Shown in pieces: positions 13,701 to 27,220 of a stretch of DNA of 64,000 nucleotides. The notes beneath the pieces are model-generated. The model was given only the letters and a program-made list of their open reading frames with translations, was not told the origin of the DNA and searched no databases. The stretch comes from Phoronis australis. Lineage: Eukaryota > Animalia > Phoronida. How positions within the stretch are numbered: the stretch's first letter is position 1; each line of letters opens with the position of its first letter. The stretch is taken from positions 138,129 through 202,128 of the forward strand of contig NMRA01000003.1 in the NCBI GenBank assembly GCA_002633005.1, written 5' to 3'. The translations under genes and the position numbers were made by a program.

Positions 13701-15365
13701 ACGACTCAGAGTATCCTTGTGCTCCGTGTCAGTTGCGCCGAGTCAAAAGTTGATGTCTAAACGGGACTTACACCCCATTATTTAGTCACAGGGGCACAAT
13801 TTTGTGTATAATGATTGTTAGCGTAGGTCTGATATACTTTATAGATTTTTCCATTGCACCCCAGTGGCGGTTCTAGGATGTGTACGTTTTAAACATGTTT
13901 CTTTCTGTACGTTTTTGTTTATGACAAAAGCCGGATATTCAGTTAACTGTAAGGGGAATTTACATGGAAAGTGGGCAAATGTGTGATTCCCGTTAACATT
14001 TCGCTGATTTTTATGCGATGTATAGAGAAATGATGAACGCACTTATTACTTCATTCACAATTGTGTTGAACAGCACTAAAAATTTTATAGGGAAATGTTA
14101 ATAACTTTCCTGTAAATATTTATCTTGTACTAGCTTCAAATCGGAATTTTCCCTGCAGGTGAGCGTGACGTCTCAAGGTTAATTTGTTTTCTGTGTGTCT
14201 TGTCAGTCTAAACTGTTTTTCGAGTGTTGTGTGTTACTTCTATTTCTAAGCAATCTGAAATAGACGCTGCCTGTAAAGCTGAGGACATGTGTCAACACAT
14301 AGCGAGACACGGTATAAAACAGAATCGTTATGGGCATTCGTGTTTTTCCGAGAAGTGGTAAAATAGTATTGACAGACTTTCAGAAACTGTTGAAGTGTTT
14401 ACAAACCTGTTTACGTTATTCATCAAATGAATACATTAATTAGCTCTTAATTAATTCTAAAGCATTTTTCGATGTGAAGTCACAGTCGCAGACGCAATTC
14501 TGGGCCTTCAGGCAGAGTTTATTGGTATGCCAGTTTGCAGGAGAGCGCGTTTAGTGGGTGAACAAGTGACCAGGTAAGTTTTTATGTTACTCAAATGAAA
14601 CAAACACATGCCACGATTCGGATAATTTGAGTTTCGCTTATTGAAAATAGTTAGCATCAAATGGAGCGACTGAACTTTAAATAATTAAATGTGTGACCAT
14701 GCATCGATTATCACGTAAACTGGTGCGATGAGAAACAATTATTGGTTGGCTTTTTGTAACCTCGTTCTTTGGCTGGTGGTTCTATCAACGTTACTTGTCC
14801 ATTGTGTTGCCAAAGATAATGGCATGGCGACGTGTCATCAGTTGAGCCAGTGGATATGGAAGAAAGATCGCGTCTCGAGTAACATCATTTTCAATTTCAG
14901 TTCAGACATCTATTGGGAGATCAAGCGCCATCAAGCTATTACGCTTCAATCAATCCTTTGATATCTGCCGTTAGTAATTAGCACTGCTATGCGTTCATTA
15001 TTGAAATGTTTTATAGTCTTCGAGATCGGTGACTTCTGTGTTCCTACCGCAAACTAGTCCGGATCAACTGTAATGCGAAAGCAACTGAAGAAAACCCAAA
15101 CGTCTTCGCACCAGTTTAGTGCCGTGATTAGCAAAATGACTTGCTTACTCACATGCGCACGCGGTCCCTGCCCATGGGGGTATGATAGTGTTTTGGATTA
15201 GTAATTTTATTTGCTTTAATATGATTTATTCTTATTGGCGGTATTTATCGACGGAGGATGTTAGATACAGGTACGCCAGTTGCTTTTTAGACTTTTCACG
15301 CCTATTACTGGTCATTTAAAGCGATTAAAAACCGGACGATCGCCGTACAAATGAAGAAGTTCATG

Positions 15366-15409
15366 ATAAATCAACGTTTCGTCTATTCGTTAAACATCAT
15401 CAGGATATT
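15366..15409 (-). ncRNA. Minimal type I hammerhead ribozyme motif (inverted copy)
   Basis: Minus strand reads CTGATGA-T-GTTTA-acgaa-TAGAC-GAAAC-GTT. Confidence 0.7.
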
Positions 15410-15691
15410 TACATAGGACAACAAGTGCCAACATCCATCTCAGGTGACATCACCAACCACCAAGCCAATTCAGTTAGTGTTATCTGCAGTGAAACTAATA
15501 AGGAATTACTGTACATTAAAGAGTCACTGGCCATTCAGAACCAGCATGCTACTGATTCTCTGAACAACATGCAGAGCTCAGTGACCCTGCAACTACAGTA
15601 TGGTGATGACCAGCTACTGCCTACTCTGTATCTCTCACTTCACTTCATGGATGTTACCTGAGATGTATGTTGGCACTTGTTATCCTATGTA

Positions 15692-15735
15692 AATATCCTG
15701 ATGATGTCTAACGAATAGATGAAACGTTGATTTAT
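15692..15735 (+). ncRNA. Minimal type I hammerhead ribozyme motif
   Basis: CTGATGA (15698-15704), T, stem II GTCTA-acgaa-TAGAT, GAAAC, GTT. Palindromic AACGTT at the stem III position. Confidence 0.7.
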
Positions 15736-18644
15736 CATGAACTTCTTCATTTGTGCGGTGATCGTCCGGTTTTTAATCTTATAGTGGCCAAGAACTGGTT
15801 TAATTTATAGCGATGAATGCTATCGATACGCTGTGTTGTAGTTGCGTAATATCTAAATTATATTAAAAGAACAAGACTCCGCCAATATTCGATAACTTCG
15901 CGAAATGAGTGTTTGTGAAAGATCGTCTGCTAGCTGCAGTGAAGAAAAGTGGGGTTATGGTGAACACTAAAAAGCCACGACTTGATTCTAAATGCTTCCT
16001 GATGATTAAGGGGGCCGGTAGTGGCCTACTATTTCCCTTTCGACGTAAATACCCGTCATTTTAAAATCGCTTGTCTGTGCAGTCACTCTGGTTTTGTTAC
16101 ACGGTGTTGTCATTCAATCTTCATTTTAATTAAAGATAAAAGGTACTGTCATCGACAACACTGACGAACCCAATCTTCACAATAGATTCCAGCAAACATC
16201 TAACGACAGTACCGGCGAACTTAACTCATTTTCACACCCATCCGGACTTCAGCAAACACAACGAGATAAACTGTATTGAGAAAACCTTACTATATTTACA
16301 AAACCTCGTTTTTCAAACTATACCTACATGTGCTCTGGATGATCAAGGATATAGGCTATTCGGAAAATTTACACAATTATCGTCGGCTGTATACTAAACT
16401 ACTCGAAGTTTTTGTTATTTCGAATTGGAATTATTTTTTTTGACGGCCACTTGTTGGCTTGAAATTAATGTCCGACGCAAATTTTATATTTTGTGAAACC
16501 GCACACGTTCGTGTATGCAGTACGTGTTGCAGCCGCGCCATCACCAAACTGAAGCAGTCTGAGCAGTAAAAATCCACGGAGCCGACGTGGTGAACCAGTG
16601 AAGTGGAAACCGACAGATTTTTTAATCGGGTGGTCAGGGGTATCGCCAGAGCGCAAATCAAGTAAATAGAAATGCGTTATCTTAAGGTGGTGAACGCAAA
16701 CATGGCTCAGTCTGGACCGGGAAAGGCGGCGAGTTAGCTCCATCTAGTTTTCTGCGCATCCCGTGGTACAGTTCAGCATATTTCCGTTTCAGGGTTCGCG
16801 ATTCTTATTGTATGCAGGAACTGATATTTGATTTAGAGTAATTTGGCTGAATGAACGCAACACAGGGGCATGCATTCGTCCCCACATGAACCCCATATCA
16901 GGCCGGAGCACTTGACACCGCCAAACATGCACGACCTGCTTTAGCCTTCATACGCTGGTATAACATATTGACAAGGCATGACTGTGTTCAGTCTTCAAGG
17001 ATCATCGCTGACGAGGGCGATATTAGGATTAATTACCATCCTGGCTTCAGAACTTAGACGTGATAACTGTCAAAGTGGAGTGTTTCCTACGCTCGACCAC
17101 GCTACTACCGGCAACTGCTAATGAATTCCTTATTAAGCTTAAAGAACAATAAGAGTAATTAGCTTGATCCGGCCTAGTAAAAGGTGAGTAGTGTATTGTA
17201 TTTATAAACTGAAATAAGAAATAACTGTTTCCAAAGCAAACTCATATCATTCAACCGTGGCAAGAACTCACGACACGTTGTCCAATCAAGCGCTAAACTC
17301 TATTGTGCTAATGGAAAGATTCTAACCACAATTTGGTCACGTGTTATCTCACAAAAGAGTCGACAATTATAACTTTTTAACGTTCAATGAACTACAAAAA
17401 CACCAACTGACGCTGCCATTGGCGAGGAAAGTTTCAAGACTCGTGAGGAATGTCTGTCCACACCTTAGACTTTGCCACTGACGGCGGGTCAGTGTTTAAT
17501 TTGTCGTTGGGATGAATATCCTTGCACGCACACAGAAAAATGGTCATTAATGACTTTTTAGGGGACGACAAGCTAATCATCCTATAGAAATGATAAAAAT
17601 GAATTTTAAGCTTGTCTGATAATAGTTCCATAGAAATCCTGCGGTTCACAGATGGTTTCTCGGTCACTAAATTTCCAACCACGATTACTTGGGCGTATTC
17701 CTGTTGCTTTAGGGATTCAGTGGTATGTCACATGTTACGGACGTTGTGCGCACACGGCTTCACTTCGATAATTACGTAGAAAAACAATACTTAATGAGCT
17801 TTGTCGATGTTCTTTCTCATTACTTGTTCTGATGTCGAGCCGAGAAACCTTTTATTTGACAGAAACTTCATTCTACCTGAAAAAGTGAAAATAAGCATAG
17901 AGACCGACCTACGCAGTCGGCGATTCACTTCATTAGATTCGTGGGGTTTGTTTTTCATATGCTGAAACTTACCTCCTCATGTTAACGACCAGGACAACAC
18001 GCCAGCCCTTCTATCACGTGCCGGCGTCTGTGGTCAAAGATTTGAGCCTGTTGTGATTTCTCCGAGGGCTAGTCGTTGAACTTGAACGCGCTAAGCAATT
18101 TCGCTCACAACACTTAATGGATCACTTAATCGACGTTATCACAGCGTAAATATGGCTGTTTAGCTGGAAAAGTATTGGCGGGTAAGTGATACAATACTGG
18201 GAGTTGTGATCATTTACGGGACAGTCAAATGGAACTTGCAAGACAGCTAATGGTGAAAAAACAAGCTTAAGGTGATGTAAACATTTTGTTGCATCTGTAG
18301 TTTTCATTTGCCTACTTTGGTGAAGTCTCTGATTCTCCCTCTCATTTCCAGTAATTTAACTTATACAGGCGGAAAGTGGGTCTACTATACACACTGTCAC
18401 GGTAAAGTACGTTCTCGTAACCATTGCAGAGCCGTTCTATCCAATCTACGTAATCAGTTATACGAAGCCACAAATCAGTGAATGACTCGTTACGCGTTGT
18501 ACTAATGTTGTTGTAAAATTGGATTGTTGGCAGTTTTTCCGGTGATTGCTGGCAATATGATTTGACATTTTCACATTTTGGTTACGTTTGTCCCTGTAGA
18601 TTAATCTTTTGGATACACTTGTTATTTCCTATAGAGTATAACGT

Positions 18645-18803
18645 CAGGGGGGGATTTGGGGGGGGGGGACAACGGGGCCATGGCCCTCCCTAAAATTTTC
18701 TCAGATTCCATTTGACAGTACGGGTGTGTGAATTTCTGGCGGGCAAAATCCTGGCTAATTCTCTGCCCTGCCCCCCAAACTCAAAATCTTGGATCCGCCC
18801 CTG
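18645..18803. mobile_element. hAT-like MITE (CAGGGGCGGAT-type termini), copy 1
   Basis: CAGGGGGGGAT...ATCCGCCCCTG. A diverged inverted copy lies at 24718-24867. Confidence 0.65.
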
Positions 18804-18947
18804 ACTGTATCGACGAGGCTTACTCGTTACAGTTAGGAGCCAGGTTCCTTCGTTACAGATAGTACGCTTTATAATGAATTCAGGTAAACTTTTACGATAA
18901 AAAGAAACTAGGATTCATTGTGAAAAAACTTAGAAAATGTACTTCTG

Positions 18948-19099
18948 GGCTGAGTTGCATAAAGCTTCAAACGTTATCCGCTGGATAAGTTTAATTGTTG
19001 CATGACGTCAGGTGAATTGTTCAACAGTAACAACGTGGCACGTGATAGTATGCGACGTCATTGTTGCTATACGGTGCATAACCTTTATGCAACTGAGCC
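18948..19099. mobile_element. PIF/Harbinger-like MITE
   Basis: 17-bp TIR (GGCTGAGTTGCATAAAG vs GGCTCAGTTGCATAAAG) flanked by a CTG direct repeat. Confidence 0.75.
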
Positions 19100-20791
19100 C
19101 TGAACTGCAATTGTTTATTTAGCAAAGTGCTTATTTGCATTTGGCGAAAAAAAGAGTCGTTGTAAACTCGTGAGATTTTTATTTTTATGTAATTGTGTCA
19201 AGTCTTCAAGCTTCACCAGAACATAAACTAATTCATGCATTCTATGATAGCGCGGCCGGACCATTTCTTTTCTTGTTATTACAGCGACATGCTTACCACA
19301 CTCATCTGCATGTATTCATTATTATTGCCGCCCTCGTCGTGCATATGGTCGACACTCTCAATGTTCTTTTTTATGATCGACATATGTCCCGAATAATATG
19401 TAAATGATACGTGCGTCACAAGCTCTTTACCAGAGATGAAAAGGAGACCGAGGTAGGCGATATAAGGTCATTTGTTATGACGAATACAATTGCAAGTAAC
19501 AGACAGAGAGAGATACTGAGCCAAAGAGTTCATAAACCATGGGCAAAGTCTATTGAAACTGATTTTAAAGAAAACCTTTGCATACAACTACCGCAAATGC
19601 AGCCGGTTATTAAAAAAAAACAAAAAAAAAACGAACAGTGCACACCAAATCATCAGTTTTCACCTCAAAACCACCATTTTTGCATGAATTACTATGATCT
19701 GATAGACATTGCATCCAGACTGACAAAATTCTTCACATAAAACAAATCAGGTGGACAGTGGATTGGTAAATTTTTTAAAACTTCTATAGAGTCTGTGTGG
19801 TACCTGACTGTCCTGTTCAATTTCAACTTTCCGACTGAGCAAAAGTGAGTCAACGGCTCAACAACTGGGAATCTTTCGCTCAGGACAGACCCAGAAATCA
19901 ACCAAATGCCATTCGAAGCCTTAACATGGAGCAATGTCGAGCCAACCCAACAGGCGCCATTTTTTAATGAAATTGAGGAGGTAAATTCAACCATTCCAAA
20001 AAACTATTACGTGCCTCCTTTCTTATTTTGCGAATTTCTCAGTCTTGGAAGGCATCAGACGAAAATGGACAATTTTGCTTCTGGATTCTATTAAGTTTAA
20101 AGGAACGTGTGAGTTGACTGCCACGATTTAAGCAACTGCAATGAAAACTAAGAACATTTATTTGAGGTTTTTATCATTCCGCTGTCATAATTAAAATTGA
20201 CTCTCTATCTGCATAAGAATACAGAAACAGAATTCATAAGTTACGTTTGTTGAAGTCACACTCAGGCCGCCTTTACACTAGACTACAAAAAACAAGTGTG
20301 TATGCCAGCGGGTAATAATATTTGCGTTAGCAATTAATATTTTTAAAAAAAAATTAAGATCTGTGCTAAAGAAAGCGTGAAGTTACTTTAAAAAAAGGTT
20401 TTGTTATTTCACATGTTACTCAGATTTCGTATGGAATGCCCTTTAGTGACGATTCAGTTGGACGCGACCTTGTGGCAATTCGATTGAACGAGTTTTACGA
20501 GCTGGGTGACACAGTCAGCGAGTTTGGAGAAGAACCCTTCTGCATTCTATCGTGGGGCTTTCGGATGAAAGTATCGCTTGTAGTTACGCTCGAAGTTACG
20601 ACCGAGTCCGCCATGAGCCCTCCCCCCATTAAGCGGAGTGGGCCAAAAAGTCCGCCTCAGAGAAACAAACACACCGAAAAAAAGTTAGAAACGAGAAAAA
20701 AAGTCCACTAAAAAGACAGAAACTTCCAAAATTCGGCAAGTGCACAATTCATAGCTCTGAACGTACCCCGTAAATCTTAGTAAAACGTCCA

Positions 20792-21522
20792 CATTCGTGT
20801 TTTACGACTGCAATCGTTATATCCAATGGGATATTGGTTATGTAGGTCACATGAGCTCTGAAACAATTGCACGCTCGTAATTTTACGCGTATTAATTTTC
20901 GCTTATGAGCTCGTATTTTTTGCCAGTAGTCTTAAAGTAATAATTTTAAGCTCGTATTTTTGTGCACGTTATGGAGCGTTCAGAAGGTGCAAACTATTTA
21001 GTGCAAAGTATCGAAGTTTGACTTATATTTTGCTCGCTGCCCTAGCCATCCCAGGCATTCGAAGAAAGTCCGTTTTGATACATATTTTGCTGCCAAAAAT
21101 TACTATACCTATCAGGTTGTCTGACAAGTTTTTTTTTATTTTATTTGTTGAAGTTATCATGCTTTACCAATATTCAGGCTACTCTCTTACTGTTAGCAGT
21201 GTGTGCAGATGATATTATAACAAGGTAAAAACATAGGTTTAAAACGGTTTCGGGGTACAATAAAGTTGAATTTCTAACTATTGGCGGAAAGTCTTTCTTT
21301 CGTTATTCAAGACATCCGAATAACATTAAACCATTTGCTACACAAAACAGTATCAGCTGAGTTTTAGTTGAATGGCTGGTGGTCTCGTGGACTGGTACTT
21401 CAATCTAATGACGTCTCGCTAAAATTACGAGCGAAAAATACGAGCGTACACTTCTTCGGTGCTCGTGTTACCTACAAACCAATTAATCTGGTTAAAACGA
21501 TGACGGTCGTAAAACACGAGCG
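20792..21522. mobile_element. MITE/foldback element with about 100-bp diverged terminal inverted repeats
   Basis: CGTGTTTTACGAC...TTGGTTATGTAGGTCACATGAGC...CGCTCGTAATTTT on the left pairs with the reverse complement of 21417-21522. CTCGTATTTTT motifs are reiterated internally. Confidence 0.6.
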
Positions 21523-22630
21523 AAGTATCGGCCGTAATCACAGGACTAACTATATAGGGACTACAATTTCCCACAAACGGCCCACGATAACATTCAGATT
21601 ATAAGTCAGCTGAAGCAACCCATCGGGTGGCTCTCGATTTTGGTACTCAGGGTCTACTCAGCTCCACCACTCAGCTCCTCAGGGTGAACAAAACCTAAAA
21701 ATTAATGTGAAGAATGTACTGCACAAAGTCCAACAAAACTGATACCAAGGTGAAATAATCCATCTTTTACGACTACTGTAAGTCAGCAGTCTGCTTAAAA
21801 ATAGGAATATGAGACTATATTGGCAGTTGTTCAGGTTAAAAAAATCGGATGAAAGCCAACCCAATACAAATGTCATTATAAATCTGAAGGGTACCTGAAC
21901 TTCCTGCTAATTTTGAATGTCCTGTTTGCTTGTAATAAGGTCAAGAAAGCCAGGACTGATCAAAAACTTACGATCGCGATCGTTGCGAGTACTGCTACTG
22001 AATTACTTGTAGCCGCCAACACTGATTCACGGACGCGTTCAACGGAGCCGTCACACCAGGTGGCGTTAAGGGTGTTCTATAAATTGCCAGTTTCTGCGTG
22101 AAGTTACGCGACTTGTCGAAACAGTTCCGTAGAGCGTTTGTGCCTCAAAGACCCAATGCTTTATAATTAAGAACCATTATGTGAGCCGCGCCATTAAAAT
22201 AAGCGTGTCAATAATCATTTCAAGAACAACAAACAAGTTCAGTCGCAAATGTGACTTTAAAGTCCTTGTCTCACGCGTTGTTAACCCTTATTACATGGTT
22301 AGAAGATGTTATAAGGATCCAAGAAGTACCTACCCCATAACTAATACACGATCCGTACTCGAAAACAGATTAAATGAACGCGTCACTCACGATGCGCACC
22401 CGAAGAAACACCGCCATTTTGAACTTGCCGCGAACCCGGAAGTACAATTCATTCAGGAACCCAGGCCGAGAAAACGCCGTCAGTGCGACTGGAGCAGTGC
22501 CTGTACTGTTACCAGCCAGCAAACGGGGATAAAAAAATCGACAGCGCGCCTTAATTTTGATAAAGTCAAACTACGGACAATTTTATGGAATTTGCTGAAG
22601 AAATGTGGCGAATAAATTTTGACAGAAATT

Positions 22631-23554
22631 NNNNNNNNNNNNNNNNNNNNNNNNNNNNNNNNNNNNNNNNNNNNNNNNNNNNNNNNNNNNNNNNNNNNNN
22701 NNNNNNNNNNNNNNNNNNNNNNNNNNNNNNNNNNNNNNNNNNNNNNNNNNNNNNNNNNNNNNNNNNNNNNNNNNNNNNNNNNNNNNNNNNNNNNNNNNNN
22801 NNNNNNNNNNNNNNNNNNNNNNNNNNNNNNNNNNNNNNNNNNNNNNNNNNNNNNNNNNNNNNNNNNNNNNNNNNNNNNNNNNNNNNNNNNNNNNNNNNNN
22901 NNNNNNNNNNNNNNNNNNNNNNNNNNNNNNNNNNNNNNNNNNNNNNNNNNNNNNNNNNNNNNNNNNNNNNNNNNNNNNNNNNNNNNNNNNNNNNNNNNNN
23001 NNNNNNNNNNNNNNNNNNNNNNNNNNNNNNNNNNNNNNNNNNNNNNNNNNNNNNNNNNNNNNNNNNNNNNNNNNNNNNNNNNNNNNNNNNNNNNNNNNNN
23101 NNNNNNNNNNNNNNNNNNNNNNNNNNNNNNNNNNNNNNNNNNNNNNNNNNNNNNNNNNNNNNNNNNNNNNNNNNNNNNNNNNNNNNNNNNNNNNNNNNNN
23201 NNNNNNNNNNNNNNNNNNNNNNNNNNNNNNNNNNNNNNNNNNNNNNNNNNNNNNNNNNNNNNNNNNNNNNNNNNNNNNNNNNNNNNNNNNNNNNNNNNNN
23301 NNNNNNNNNNNNNNNNNNNNNNNNNNNNNNNNNNNNNNNNNNNNNNNNNNNNNNNNNNNNNNNNNNNNNNNNNNNNNNNNNNNNNNNNNNNNNNNNNNNN
23401 NNNNNNNNNNNNNNNNNNNNNNNNNNNNNNNNNNNNNNNNNNNNNNNNNNNNNNNNNNNNNNNNNNNNNNNNNNNNNNNNNNNNNNNNNNNNNNNNNNNN
23501 NNNNNNNNNNNNNNNNNNNNNNNNNNNNNNNNNNNNNNNNNNNNNNNNNNNNNN
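22631..23554. other. Assembly gap (924 N)
   Basis: Run of N. Confidence 1.
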
Positions 23555-24084
23555 GATGAACAACATCACAACATTCATATGACGAACTTAGATGTCATAA
23601 ATCAATAAGAAATAGGCTACAGTCTAGTTCAATAGAAGATAAACCAACATCAATGTAGCAAGAGCGCTCAACAAAGGAACAGCGTTATCAGAAAATCTCA
23701 AATAACTCAAAAAGTAGACGTCATAGCGAAAAATGGAAAACACCTTCTGAAAGCCCGTTCAAAACTCTATCTAAACTGATGGTATCGCCTAATTCCGTAA
23801 ATTTTTCGAAAAAAATGAAATTTTGCGTTTTTTTTAAGAAATTCAAAGTCAAATAACTCGAAAAAGGGTAAGTCTGAGATGAACTAAAGAAGTAATAATA
23901 ACATACACATGACGAACGTAGAAGTCCGAAATCAGTAAGAAAAAGGCTACAGTCTTGAGCGACACTTGGCGAAATTAACGGAAAAGACAAAGACGGAGAT
24001 GATGACGAAGATGATGACGAATATGATGATGGTGGTGGCGATGATGAACAACATCATAACATTCATATGACGAACTTAGATGTC
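23555..24084. repeat. End of a tandem array with a period of about 488 bp, abutting the gap
   Basis: GATGAACAACATCAxAACATTCATATGACGAACTTAGATGTC occurs at 23555 and 24043. The sequence is a circularly permuted reverse complement of 10208-10672. Confidence 0.8.
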
Positions 24085-24717
24085 CGAGTTCAAGGGTGAG
24101 AAACAACAAGCTCGTCTTCATTGACCAATACACACTACGCAGAATGGTGACAACCAATCACAGCGTTATAGGCTAATTATCCTCCATTGTGTTTAGTGGG
24201 AAAAGTCGTCAGAAGTTGCTGCTTGTTTTCTTAACTGTAAGCAATACGTCATAGTACTTTTTATGTAATTGTGTTCGTTAATTGGTCTTCTTTTTATCGT
24301 CGTTGAATAGCAAAATAATGAAACACTCCGCAGCTCCTACAGGTAATGTAAAGAACATAGTCTGGTTACATAATCCGACATTTACGCCATACATTTTTGA
24401 TTGTTCATGATTAGGGGTGATAAAAAGGAAATAGTAGACATGCCATTTTAGTACACACACTTTACTAAACACACAAAACAAGAATTGAGATGAAACTTTT
24501 GTAATTCTTACCAAAGTCGTGAAGCTTTTCTATTGCTTACAGTAATTTCGATACTTCAGAAGGGTTAGTGTTTCGTTTCTCAATTACACTAGTGCAGAAG
24601 GCACATTGTTTGAACAAGCAAGATACCCACCACAAGTGCGTAATGACGACGACAAGTTTCATTTTCTACCAATCCCTGTTTTTACGCAACCAACAGTATT
24701 AACAAGCCTCTGTTCTC

Positions 24718-24867
24718 CATGGCGGATCCAGGATTTTGAGTCGGGGGGGCAGAGCAGGGTATTAGCCCAGATTTTGTCCGTCAGTCATGCACCCTCGAAC
24801 TGCTAAATGGAATCTGGAAGAAATTTAGGGGGGGCATGGTCCCCTTGCCTCCCCCCATCCGCCAATG
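24718..24867. mobile_element. hAT-like MITE, copy 2 (inverted relative to 18645-18803)
   Basis: CATGGCGGATCCAGGATTTTGAG...ATCCGCCAATG, with shared internal AAATGGAATCTG. Confidence 0.6.
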
Positions 24868-26632
24868 GTTCTTGATTGCTACGTAATCATGATTGGATAA
24901 AACGCTAAACGAATTTGGGCAAAATCAGGTCCAAATCAATTTACAAATACAACGATTAGTGGTGCAAGCGGTATAAGACTATTTAGCAGTATCCGCGATA
25001 CGCATATAGTTGGAGAAGTCTGTCTTCTTCATCATTTGGCCGCAATCAACTTTTCTTTAAGGAGCGCTTGGTTATGTTGTGCAAGAACATAAAGGAACAT
25101 GTAATACAGGTTGACTCGACGTCGTGTTGTACAGTAATGAATGGCGATGCCTCATCGTACAATGAGTTCAGTTTTGACAGTAAGTATTCAAATTCTATAC
25201 CACCCCTTGTTTTACTGCATGATCTTGGCGGGAGAATTTTTAGCTGAAACGTTAATAAGTGGTCTATTAGCCGCACAAGTTGGAAAATGATGGGACTATT
25301 TTTATATTCAATGTTAATTCGACGCAGAATGTCGATAGGACTTATTTTAATCAATTTTTCCAGTGGAGATCAAACACTGATTACATCATATGAAGAACTA
25401 ATTAGATCTAAGCATGTGGATACGTTTGATACGCCCATAAGACAGGTCCACTTAGGCGTTGCCTTGATTACTGCAGGTATGTTTGTTGTTTCTAACAGCA
25501 ATTTGAAATTGAAAACACCTGTGACGAATGTTGACTTTCATGGCCCACTTAGAAAGTATACAGTAATTTTGTGGCTCTGTGGTTTGTTTCTGCATCATTT
25601 ACACCATTTCTGTGTTCAGCGTTGGCGGTGAGATATTTTGTATTCATTCATCCGAACATCATTTCATTTTCTTCCAGGAAAATCAGCCCCCTCTGAATTG
25701 CTGTCACATGATTTATGCTGACCGTGTTTCATCGTGACACGTCTTACATAACCGATCTATAATGTCTTCAATAGACAATGTGTTAGATTATCAAATGTTC
25801 TGATACATTCTGTAATGGTCAATGATTAACGAAGATTCACCAATCCCCCGGGCCGTCACTTTACCTGTGTGAATCATTACTACGGACTTTATTGCTTTAA
25901 TTAAATAACATCGCTTGCTATATCATCTTCGGCAGTATAAGAATCATGAGATCCCGATAGTTCACTATTATTACTTTGACCACAAAATTACAAGTTGCAA
26001 AGTCAATGTTTTGATTGTGACATCAGTGCCCGCTTTGTCTCCTAATAAGAACCGCCACGTCTCGACGCATGAGGTCTTCCAATACAATACTTACTCATTA
26101 CAGCTTGTTCGAACACCAAGTCCATTTAGTAGTGTACGTTTATTTCGTGGAAGGTTAATAGTTTCTCTCCACCGCTCAGGCAGGTATATGTTGCTTTCTA
26201 GTTGTTGCTGTTATTGGAAGCACGTCGGCACCATTGGCACGCAAAATTTTTTTATGCCAACCTCTGAATTGAGGATGCGCGCGGTGCGCGGGCGTCACAG
26301 TTATTTGCGTAATATTGGGACTTAGTCCCAGAGGCAGTGTTTTTTTTTTTGACTATCATAAATTGCATTGTTGTGTTTTTCCCGTTTCAGGAGAAATTTG
26401 CGCTCTGCTCGTCCGCGTAATATGAGATCCGAAGGTTTGCCATATAAAACCAAATAAGCATGACGTAAAAGTTAAAGCCCGTTTAATTGTTGAAATGCGT
26501 TATCGCTGTGTGTTGGCAGTACACTTAAGGATTTGGCTAACATGAGCTGACCATTATACCAAGTGCTTGTTGACTACGAGAGGGCTTATGCTGAGCTCAT
26601 GGTTTGGCTGACATATGAAGATTTCTTGAAAG

Positions 26633-27220
26633 ATGATTTGGTTCCATTTCATTTCTGTTGCATTTGTTGGGAGCCTGCTACGTCGTATGTGCTATTGTTA
26701 CTTCGTGACAACCGACATTTCTACGATTTCCGGTCCGAACGTAACAATTTATCATGGCGACAGTTTGTCGTCTGCTGTAGTAAGGAATGGAGGGAACTCG
26801 AGTCAGCTGGAAAGAACGCTCGTAACGACAAATAGCCCAGAAGAAAAGCAACATACACCAGTTCCTGAACAGAAAGCTTACTCCGTACACAGTATTAAGA
26901 AGTTTTACATTGGGTATCTGTTGTCCATGGAATACGACGATTTTAATGTTTATACTGGTAAACCTGTGGTAAAAGCAAGCCCAGGTAAACACTACGCAGG
27001 CGCATTTACATACGCGCTCAAAATGCAGAATGTGATAAACAGGCAGCACAATTTTACGCTGGATTTTTATTATAAGGATATTCGTCAAAACACGTACTTG
27101 TCCATAAACGCTATGACACAGCAATATTTTAACGGTGTCATTGGTTTCGTTGGTCCTGATGTCTCGTGCACAGACGAAGCGAAGATAGCAGCTGCGTGGA
27201 ATAGAGTTATGGTCTCGGGT
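26633..27220 (+). CDS. First coding exon of a receptor-type guanylate cyclase (natriuretic peptide receptor-like extracellular ANF_receptor domain); remainder not found in window
   Basis: Hydrophobic N-terminus, then FYIGYL...PGKHYAGAFTYAL...FTLDFYYKD...NGVIGFVGPDVSCTDEAKIAAAWNRVMVS. This matches the receptor guanylate cyclase motif FIGP..C..EA..AAAWN.PMIS. Acceptor at 26390/26391 and phase-0 donor GTAAGT at 27221. Confidence 0.8.

Larger units (their letters stand above)
15323..15778 (+). mobile_element. 5'-truncated Penelope-like retroelement with inverted pseudo-LTRs
   Basis: 129-bp inverted arms at 15323-15451 and 15650-15778. The spacer translates to TNHQANSVSVICSETNKELLYIKESLAIQNQHATDSLNNMQSSVTLQL, which resembles the C-terminus of Penelope GIY-YIG endonucleases. 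Each arm holds a hammerhead core. Confidence 0.75.

Noticed and set aside
22583-23608. Long ORFs of more than 300 aa
   Set aside because: They consist of the N gap.
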